DNA of 52,100 nucleotides from Catajapyx aquilonaris. Taxonomy: Eukaryota. The stretch is from NCBI GenBank assembly GCA_000934665.2, contig KZ538711.1:1-52100 (forward strand), given 5' to 3'. Every line of letters begins with the position of its first letter. Position 1 is the first letter of the stretch. Below the pieces are notes generated by a model. The model was not told the DNA's origin. It ran no database searches and was given only the letters and a program-made list of their open reading frames with translations. Below, piece after piece: positions 24,407 through 35,100 of the stretch. The position numbers were made by a program, and so were the translations under genes.

Positions 24407-25521
24407 TATTCTCATTAAGTAATTATTATGGTTTTGTCTTGCTGTGTTTCTTTACAGTGAAATTTTATACAGTATAATCAGTGCCCTCATAAGTGAACAA
24501 TAATGAAAATGCTTTTTGTTATTATAAATCACAGTGAACCATATTCCGTACCAGAGGAGAAAAAATGAGCCTTAAGTGGTACCGTATTTATAATATTCCA
24601 TAAGTGCAAATGGAATGAAGAGTCTAAAATAGCATCAAAGTTATAGTCCATGCAATTTCTGGTGTCTTCATCATGTCCTACACCCTAATCCTAATGTGAC
24701 AACTTTGGGTGATAACTCCCTCCAGAATACGAATAGTTGTCTTGTCTTGTCAAGGTACAATACCTTGAGTCAGCATAAAGTGTTTCTGAAATTATCATGT
24801 GCAACATAACAATTCCGAGTCTTCACCTGGGCCTTAATTGCCATATGTTATCACATTTCGTTTGGGATTTGGGATCCGGGACACGCATGACTATGGGTAA
24901 GGGATGTCACAGGCTGAACTATAGGCTGTTGTAAACTCAATAGAAATATCAACATTTGTGTGGTAGGAATTGCGTGTTCACCTAATGAGAGAGTGACTTA
25001 TTAAATTTTACAATACCGGTATTTATAATTACAATAAGCCTGTGATTAGTTGCCCTTACTTTTGAAGGAGGCTAGTTGCTGCACCTTACATAGGAAATAA
25101 GTGTCCAGTAAATACATTTTTTCCAGATCCACACTTCTCTGCTAACAGAAACCAAGGGAGTAGAATTCAAATGCAAAATTCTACAAATAATCAGCCATGC
25201 CAATATTATTTTAAATACATATGCAAAAATATCACAGTGGTGTGAATGCAATGGTGTATACGAAAATAAAATCACCATATATCGTAGGATACAGTATGTT
25301 ACCATCTGCTTTACCTGAAGAGTAGATCCTGAACATGGTTGAAGAATCCAGATCTATCTACAGGGTGTTTCTCTGCCCAAGTTGACAATTTGAGGAAGAA
25401 GAAAAACGGCCAATCCTGGGCTGCATTCGAACTCCAGAGCAGACTCACATGTCAGCACAATGTCTCCTCCTTTGTATTTCGACTTTACTGCTGTTTATGT
25501 CACTCAGAGGTGAATAATTAA

Positions 25522-25725
25522 GGTGCGTTTACTCGTACATGTGAGTGATTTGATCGCGCGATGTCATCGCCGAGCAATAACAACGATGAGTAACCCGTGT
25601 AACCAATATTGTTTGAGGTGAAAGTAACAATCGAGTTTTGCCTCAAACAGTACTGGTTACTCGGGTTACTCAGCGTTGTTATCGCTCGGAGATGACATGC
25701 CAGGATCAAATCGCTCACACGCGCC
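25522..25725. mobile_element. Palindromic MITE (Harbinger-like left end)
   Basis: Imperfect inverted arms of ~80 bp around GTAACAATCGAG; TAA-GGTGCGTTTAC start. Confidence 0.6.
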
Positions 25726-26668
25726 TACATCCTAGCTGTGGGACCTTGCAGTTTAAATTAAAACTACACGATACGATACCTCTTTAAAGATATGAAAAAA
25801 ATGCTCGAATAGAGGGCTGCAGCCTGCATCTCCACTGAGATAATTTTTCTAGGGTAGCAGCCCATATATGCTTGGTAATAAAAAGGTTGCTCAGACTAAT
25901 AACACCTCAACATCTCTATAATATGACCCCGATTCACGAGAACTAAGTCCATAGAAGTTCGTCTTATGAAACACCCTGTAAAAAAGCATGCCCTTCCTAT
26001 ACTGCAGCCTTGCATTACAAAAATGAATCTTGCTCTACACCTTGCAGCATATTATGCTTGTTCTCTTTGTGTTCCTCACTTGAGGTCCTTACGTATAAAT
26101 GTCATGAACAAGATATGATAAAAGTTTTGGGAGTATTTAGTAAAATGTGTTCAGTATCTCATTTCATCGAGGTGCCAAAGTCAACATATTGCAGGAAAAT
26201 ATTTGCAAATAATGTTCAAAATCAGTGGATTTCACAATATTATTAAAAGTTAACTGGGTGTAGGATTGCTACTGGCTCTCATTAACTTAACTCATATAAG
26301 CTGCAAATCTGACTCAAATCAGTCATGGCAATCGCATTGAGGATTAAAAACAGCAATGGCTGTAGAAAAAAGGAGTAAAGGTCATAAAAAGGAATAAGGT
26401 CTCCATGTTCTACTAAAATTAATAATTTCAGTGAAGCTTTGAGCTGAAGAGATTGCTTTTAAATATGAATTCTACAAGGAATTCTGTGCATGACGGTAGT
26501 GTACCAAAATATATTGTGTATGTGTCCTCTTATAGACAGATGCTTTGGCTCATTTATAATGACACTATCACTATGGAACAAAAATCAACTATTTTTCTGT
26601 TCCTGGAAATTCATCGCTATTTCCATGTTCCTTAGGTCCAGCCCCCGGACACTACCCCTACAATCTTA

Positions 26669-26972
26669 TCTTATCGCCTGTCGCGGCGTTTTGCATGAGG
26701 TGCTCACTTGAGAGCGCCATGAGATTTCACTGCTACATTATGTGGCGACCCTACCGGACCGCGCTGAACTACGTAGAAGGGAAGCCGCTACATGCGGGCC
26801 CAACATGGCCGCCGGCGACCATGTTGAGTCCCCAAAATAATGTAGATCTTCCCTTTTGTACCTATAAAGTTCAGCGCGGTCCGGTAGGGTCGCCACATAA
26901 TGTAGCAGTGAAAGAGTCTCATGGCGCTCTCAAGTGAGCACCTCATGCAAAACGCCCCGCCAGGTGATAAGA
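26669..26972. repeat. ~300-bp hairpin (near-perfect ~100-bp outer arms), probable MITE
   Basis: 26669-26770 is the reverse complement of 26868-26972 apart from a few differences; inner arms are imperfect. Confidence 0.85.
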
Positions 26973-27007
26973 GGGAGTGACCAGACCTTAGTATTATAAG
27001 ACCATGC

Positions 27008-28152
27008 TTAGGTCACTCGTAACTCATAATGGCCATTCCTTTTATCTGCAATTTGTTTTTGACCTCAGGGTAGTCAAAAAACCAAAATCCTCAAATATAT
27101 AGGGGTTTTTCTCAATCAAGTGGGCCTAAGGGCCGCTTTCAGTGAAAGTATAAATGTTGCTAGACCATCTTGGATTTTGCTGAAGAAAATTACAGCTGTA
27201 CACACATATGCCATAACATTCCATCATGTTTCAGCCAAATTTCGAAATACCGTGGGGAGGGAAAAAAATCGCGAAAGTTTGGAAATGGGGACTTTTTTGG
27301 ATGATTTTTTGAAGGAAGTTTTCGGTCAGTGGAAGTGGTCTAAACCCAATCAACATATTAGGCCTATACTGTACAGCAAATGAAAGAGAAACACGAGGAG
27401 AACGGCGCGCCAATTTAATTTGTTTTACTCGAAAATACATCCAGAGAAACATGTGTGGCATAAATTCCATCGGTCACATGTCCAAGTATTATTTTAGACC
27501 GCAACAATTATTACCGGTAGTGATGTATTCGCGTAACGCCGTAGCAGTCACATTTGGTGACAGGAGTTGTGACCCATACAAGATTTGATAATTATGTTCG
27601 ATTTCAATCCTGGGTCATGCATGGCTCATCGCGAGAAAATAACAGATACGTTTTGCAGATAGGCCTAAATGCCATTAATTATTTTCAAGGACCCAAATTC
27701 TCGAATATGTGACCGATCAAATGCCACACACGTTTTTCTGGTCACATTTCAGAGGAAAACAAATGTCGTAAGCGCATTCTCCTCGTGTTTCTCTTTCATT
27801 TGATGTGTATGTTTATTGTGTTTTGACCACTTCCACTAACCGAAAAAAATATTCAACAAAGGCCAAATTTCCAAAATTTCGCGGGTTTTTTACCCCCCTC
27901 CCCACGGTATTTCGCAATTTGGCTGAAACTTGATATTCGGCAGTGTTACGGCATACTCACAGTAGGTGTGTGTATACAGCTGTGATTTATTTTATCACCA
28001 ATATATATCGGAGATGGTCTAGCAACATTTAGGCCCTATCGATAGAAAAACCGGCAATATTACGAGGATTTTTGTTTTTTTCCTGCCCCCGAGCTCAAAA
28101 TAAAATCCGAGACAAATGAATGCGGTGAGTGTTTAATACGACGAGTACCTAA
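27008..28152. mobile_element. Old fold-back DNA element with ~470-bp diverged arms
   Basis: Termini TTAGGTCACTCGT / ACGAGTACCTAA. Mirrored blocks include TAAATGTTGCTAGACCATCT, TTTCAGCCAAAT and CAAATGAAAGAGAAACACGAGGAGAA. Confidence 0.75.
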
Positions 28153-28769
28153 AGAACACCGAAATGACGATGAATTCCCATGGACAAATGTCGTGTTGCA
28201 TAGTGTAAAACCTGAACTCTACAGTTGTAGCTGGTCAATTTATCCTCCCACCGACCCATTTCGAGCAGGGGGTTTCTGGAAGGAGTACATACATACTGCA
28301 CTAATTAAAAAGAACACACCATGACCATAGACAACACAGAATCAAAGATGGCCAATTATACTTAAGAAAGTGTCCGCTAGTACACGCCACTTGCCACGCT
28401 ACTTATCAACCTAGCGTTAACAGCGCCTGTAACGGCTAGTTCGCAAACTTTGGAAGATTGGGCTCTCTTTTCTACTTATATATATGGTATTTCCCGCTCT
28501 TTCCTGGTCTTTCCTTTGGTCTTTCCCGCTCTTTCCACTTCTTCTATCTGGTCACCTTGTTCTTCGGTCGCCATGATTGTTTCACCACACTTTTGTTGAC
28601 CACGCTTTTGACACATTGCATCGTTCCGTGTTCTTCTCTGGTAAACTCTACGCAGTTTCCTGCACCCAGACGGGTCCGCACAGCCGGAGTGACCATACAA
28701 GCCGGACAGGTCTGGCAAGGTCAGGTGAGGGCTAAGGGCGTTGACATTTAGAATTTTGGAATCGAACAG

Positions 28770-28928
28770 TGTACCGCAGGCTTCTGAATACTGTGTTCCA
28801 CACCCTCCGAATTCTGTGCGCCACAGGCTTCTGAATACTGTTCCGCAGCATCTGAATATAAATGTGCTCTGCAGCTTCTGAGTGTATGTTCCGCACTTTA
28901 TGAACACTGTGTTTCGTAGGCTTCTGAG
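28770..28928 (+). repeat. Degenerate ~22-bp minisatellite ending at the EXD3 start codon
   Basis: About 7 units resembling GTTCCGCAGGCTTCTGAATACT. Confidence 0.7.
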
Positions 28929-29163
28929 ATGTCGAGCAGCAAGTCTGATGATGGAGGCGAATGGCCTGTGCAGCCTGCGCGGCCGTCCAACAGTGGCAGG
29001 TTGGGTTGGACCACTGGGATTCCGGCTGGAGCGGAGGATGAGTCTTGGGGAAGAATGAACCGCGGAGGGTGGAAGGACTTTAGCTTGGATGATCCCGCAC
29101 CGTTGGGGCCGAACGCGTCCAAATCCGACTGGCTAAATTTGATTACAAGAATTTGGTTGCTTG
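28929..29163 (+). CDS. EXD3: EXD3 coding exon 1
   Basis: ATG to G|GTAGGT, phase 1, in frame with exon 2 across a 53-nt intron. Confidence 0.75.
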
Positions 29164-32100
29164 GTAGGTCCTGCCGTATGATGGATTTTTCAGAGTTGTA
29201 ATGGAATAATTTGCAGGGAGGCGGAACCCGTTAGTTCTGAAGCTCATGAACGACTGCTACTCTATTGTGTCCGACCCTTTCGAGATGGCTCGCTACATGA
29301 TGGTGGGCAGCATGGACTTCAAAGAGTCGAAATCAAACACTCTTGCATTTGCTGTCATTAGCGAATTGAACAAGTGGACTAGGGAGAAGGAAGAGAGGCA
29401 GTACCGCAAACCATCGCTGGAGACGCAAGAAATGGTCTTCGCAGATGTGACGAAGCAGAAGAACTCGTCATTGATGAGGGAAGTGTGTGAAACATTTCAA
29501 TTGCAGGGAATAGGCTGCCATTTCATTCCCCATATACGGCAGCTTGTCTCGGGATATAAATACAAAGAGGTAGGTTGTGCTGGAGCAGGTACATTACAAT
29601 ATGGAATTATGCGCTGAAGATATTTGGGGTCAAATGTTACAATTTTGATAACATTTTGGCACATTTCATTATCTTCTCTAATAAGGGAACACGACAAGAC
29701 AATACACATGGGGGAATGTTCTGATAACTAATAACTGAAGTCGGGATTTTTAGGCCAATGCCTATTTAGTTCCTTTACAGCTGGGATGGTTTTGTGAAGA
29801 GATCTATCAATTTCATAAGTGCAGGATGGGGAAAATGTAGGCTTTATAATGCCTAAAAATGCCTATTTTGTGGCTTTGGGAACTATTTTGCCTATTCATG
29901 CCTATTTGGCTTTTTTTGGGATAGTTTTTGAATTTTTGGACTTCTTGGGGCTATTCCGGACCTATTCTTTCAGAGGCGTGTTTTTTTTTTTTTGCAGAGT
30001 ATTTTTTGGCCTCCAAAATCATTCGGAAGTAATTATGTTCACTAATGAAAATCTAGGAAAATATTTGGTGACATACTGTGCAAGTGGAAACAGGCTGTAA
30101 GTGGTAAGAGTCCAGAGCAAGTGATACTTGCTTGCACTTTGTGTCTTTTGCCCAAGTTTTCTGATTTTCTGTTAGTTGATCGTTGTTACTAGGTTTTTGC
30201 TCTGGTTTGTGACCTTATATATGTGGAGTGACCAATCAAAACGCAACATCCACCAACAAAGCCATTTCGAGATATTCAACAAAAACCTATTGCTCCCAAA
30301 TGGAATGTGACCAAGAAACAAAATGTGCAGTACATTATGCCCATATGCAGAGGTGGTTAATGGTGTATGTTAATGAAATCAGGAATTGTCTAGTCACGAG
30401 AAAAAAATTAATCCAAATTTAACATGTTGCGTTTTGATTGGGTACATGTGTCAGATGTTGCGTTTTGATCGATTATTATCATTGGCCGTATTATTAAACT
30501 GTGATTCTTAGTATCTTCTATCAGCAGGAACCATGATACCATCTCCTTGACACTAATTATTATCTAAACACAATGCTAATCATGAGAACATTATTAGCTA
30601 TTTGTCTTCAAATTTTATTACTTATTCACGAGAACAACATACGTACTACTGTAGTACTGTGTGGGTTGGTTATCTTACTCTATGGGGTTGGTAAGATATC
30701 GGCGGGAATTTGTAACAGTTGCGCATCGCACTCTCCCATTGGCTGCTTGGCGCATGTTGCGTTTTGAAGTAGCCGGTATGGGTCACATAGTGCGTTTTAG
30801 TCCGGGCCCTAAGCGGAAAAATCTGGCCTAACCTTGCACTTTGTGATAAGAAGGTGCCACTTGGCACATATGTTCCCTAGGCCTATAGGAGCAATTCCAG
30901 AGTTGCAGGCAACTGATCGACCCCTTAGGTCACGAGTTATGCGGTGTTGCCAACATGGCCGGGGATGACCTGAGCGTTTTTAACGTTGCATTTTGGGATA
31001 AGAAGGTACCGCTTGGCACATATGTTCCCTAGGTCTGTAGGAGTCGTTTGAGACATGGCGGCACTTGATCGGCTAATTAGGTCAAGAGTTATGCGGTGTT
31101 GCCAACCTGGTCCGGGACCCAAGCGTTTTGAACCATTTTGAACTTTGCATTTTGGGATAAGAAGGTGCCACTTGGTACATATGTTCCTTAGGCCTATATG
31201 AGCAATTTAAGAGTTGCAGGCAACTCATCGGCCCTTAGGTCACGAGTTATGGGGTGTTGCCAACCTGATCAGGGAACTAAGCGTTTTAACTCGGCACTTT
31301 GTGATAAGAAGGTGCCACTTGGCAGACATGTTCCCTAGGTCTATAGGATCCATTTGAGAGATGGCGGCACGTGATCGGCTCCTTAGGTGAGGAGTTATGC
31401 GGTGTTGCCAACATGGTCCGGGACCTAATCATAACCGCATAACTCGTGACCTAAGGCGCCGATCAAGTGCCGCTAACTCTCAAATGGATCCTCTAGGCCT
31501 GGGGAACATGGTTGCCAAAATCCCAAAATGCAAAGTTAAAAATTGTTATAAACGCTCAGGTCCCGGACCAGGTTGGCAACACCGCATAACTCTTGACCTA
31601 AGGAGCCGATCAAGTGCCGCCATGTCTCAAACGACTCCTACAGACCTAGGGAACATATGTGCCAAGCGGTACCTTCTTATCACAAAATGCAACGTTAAAA
31701 ACGCTCAGGTCATCCCCGGCCATGTTGGCAACACCGCATAACTCGTGACCTAAGGGGTCGATCAGTTGCCTGCAACTCTGGAATTGCTACTATAGGCCTA
31801 GGGAACATATGTGCCAAGTGGCACCTTCTTATCACAAAATGCAAGGTTAAGACGCTTAGGGCCCGCACTATTTTGAAGCAACACTCCATTTTCCAGCCCT
31901 TATAACACGGTAGATATTGCATTTAGAAATGTCACAATCTAACACACACGTAGACCCGAGCCCCAAGGACGTGCTACCACGTACCACCTATAACTCGATT
32001 TTGAAAATCTTGGCGCTTGTTGCGTTTTGATTGGTCACTCCACATATGTGCTTTAGGTGCATAAAATTTGTGTGTCTCTTTCGATTTTCTGGAACATTAT

Positions 32101-35100
32101 CCACCATACATCCACAAAAGTAAAATACAGCTGACTCTGGATATAACAGCCTCGGCTGTAACAGACTTTCAGTTATAACAGACTTGAAAGGCCGGTCCCT
32201 GCGAAGTTCCATATATGGCTTGTGTATTCGGCTATAACAGACCTTGGTTATAACATATTGATCTCTGTGTTCCCTTCAAGTCTGTTATATCTGGATTCAA
32301 TTGTATTTGGGCCTATTTGAGGTTTTTTACATATCTATTTTAATAATGCATACCCCGTGATAAGCCTCCTTGGGCTTTTTAGGGGATCATCTTTTTAATT
32401 GACCGTCTTTAATCACTGTCTGCGCTGGTGATGGATTTTGATTGCGGGAGGAAACGAGAGAACCCCAAGAAAACCCACGCAAACACGGAGAGAACCCATC
32501 GAATCTCTATCCACATAAGCATCCTCTGTCTGATCCGGGGATATAACTTGGGACCTTAGAGGTGAAAGGCTTTGGCGCTAACCACTACACCACCTTGCCG
32601 CCCATTTTACATACCTATTTAAGTGCCTATTTTAGGGTTTTATGGTGCTTAAAAATCCGGACTCTACTAATAACTACAGTGCTTTAAGTGAAAGAACGAT
32701 CTGACGTCATGTTCCACCTTTACCTGGCTCTTCCCTCCTATCATGTCCCCGAATCACCAAGTAAAGTCAGATCGTTTTCTCGTTTAAAGGACTAATTTGA
32801 ACAACAATTTTTTTTTTGGCACCCATATGTTGTTAAATTTTCTGACTGGCACTCTTATTCCAGGCCTGCCAGTTTGCAGTGTACCTGAAACTTCACAGCC
32901 ATTTCCATAATGACGACTTTGTACTTCCACTGATACTCCAGGACAAGAGCTCCATTGCAGAAGAATTCCTCCGTGGGAGCCGTTCCCATCTGAACAGTCT
33001 TATCAAACAGTTGGATTCGATCCTGGGATCCAAGAACATACGTAATGAAGTTGAGAACATTGCTCTTCGACTGGACGTTCCCTGGGCATCCTTAGAGAAG
33101 CTTCAGCAGAAGCCTTTGTCCAAGCTGACAGCTCGATTGGTCAAGTCGTTTGATGTGCTGCCTGACCTTTGCCCTAATCTGAGCCAGAAGCGGAAAAGTG
33201 GTTCCCTGAACTTTTTACTGCATAAAAAGTACATAGATAAATCGATTTCATCCGACACCTGGGATGAACAGGTGGGCCAAATCATTGAGAGTGATCAGGA
33301 GATGCAGGTAGAACTTGTGCAGAAGCTTCAGCAATATAACGACACTGCCTGTGCTGCATTGTGGGCTAAAAGGTGTGGAGTTCCCTGGGACAAATTGCCA
33401 GTAGCCGTGCAAGAAGCCTGGACCACCAGCGACTCTGTGTTCTCGCGCGAAGAAGAGGAGTGGGACGTAGATCTCTCTCAGTTTCATAAGCTGAGCCTTC
33501 CACTGTCATGTGTGGTGATGGTGGAGACTCAAGATAGCTTCAATTGGTTCCTTCGAGATGTGTCCAAGGTGAGTTCGTCCAGATGCAACGTAGCCCTTTT
33601 TGTGGGAAATTCTTGACGTTCCTGCAACTGGATTATCACCTTGATTGTTTTGGTGTAATTTGAGGAGGGAAGGAATTCCTTAGAAAACCCGTCAAGGCTG
33701 AGTGGCCATCGGATGTTATGGTAATGTTTTGAGATTCAGTCCTGACCATCACAGTAACAAAAAGTAGCCAAATTTCACTGCTTTCCACAAAGCTTCTGAA
33801 TCTCTTCCTGCTCAATTTGTGCGAATCCTGATTGACAAATTCGGCCATTCCAAATGAGGTCAGGAGGAGTGCCTGGGCATGAGACACCAATGCAAAAATT
33901 GTCCTGCAGGTGAAGAGTCACGTTTCACAAATTTTTTGATGGAAAAGTGCACAGCTTGCAGATATTAGTGTAGTATACTTCATCTGTCCCCATCTCCATG
34001 CAAACATTAAAATTTAAGCAATAAGCGCAGGGGTTGGACACCACTGAATTTGTGCAACTGGCTTAACCCTTTGCTGCCTACGGCCATCATATGATTTCCG
34101 AGCTTGCATTGCTGGAGGGCCTACGGCCGTCATATGATGTCCGAAGATTTGCCCTGCCAACTTGGGTCATTTTTCAACGCAAAAAATTTCAACCTCACCG
34201 ATTTTCTTGAAATTCGGTGCATTGGTAGGCCACCCCAAGGGATGAGAAACGCACCCATAGTTACCTGATCAAAATGACCTCGTGACCCAATTTTGAGGGG
34301 GCAGAGGTCAAATCATAAAATTTCGACCTCACCGATTTTCTTGAAATTCGGTGCATTGGTAGCCCACACCACGGGATGATAAACGCACCTATAGTTACCT
34401 GATCAAAATGACCTCGTGACCCAATTTTGAGGGGGGCAGAGGTCAAATTTCGACCTCACCGGATTTTCTTCAAATTCGGTGCATTGGTAGCCCACACCAA
34501 GGGATGAAAAACGCACCTATAGTTACCTGATCAAAATGACCTCGTGACCCAATTTTGAGGGGGCAGAGGTCAAATCATAAAATTTCGACCTCACCGATTT
34601 ACTTGAAATTCGGTGCATTGGTAGCCCACCCCAAGGGATGAAAAACGCACCTATAGTGACCTGATAAAAGTGACCCTGTGACCCAATTTTGAGGAAGGCA
34701 GAGGTCAAATCATAAAATTCCGACCTCGCAGATTTTCTTCAAATTCGGTGCATTAGTAGCCCACCCCACACCAAGGTATGACAAACCCACCTATAGTTCC
34801 CTGCTCGACATGACCCTGTGACCCATATTGGAGGGGACATATGTCAATGCGCCGAATTTCGAGAAAATTTGTGACTGGCACTTGCAAAGTCTCCCTTGTG
34901 ATTCACTAAGGCGGGTAGTACGTGTACGTGTACGTGTAAGTGTGTATAACCTTGGTATAACCCCCGAATTTTAAGAAAATCGGTGAGGTTGGAATTTGAC
35001 CTCTGCCCTCATCATAATTGGGTCACGAGGTCATTTTGATCAGGTAACTATAGGTGCGTTTTTCATCCCTTGGGGTGGGCTACCAATGCACCGAATTTCA

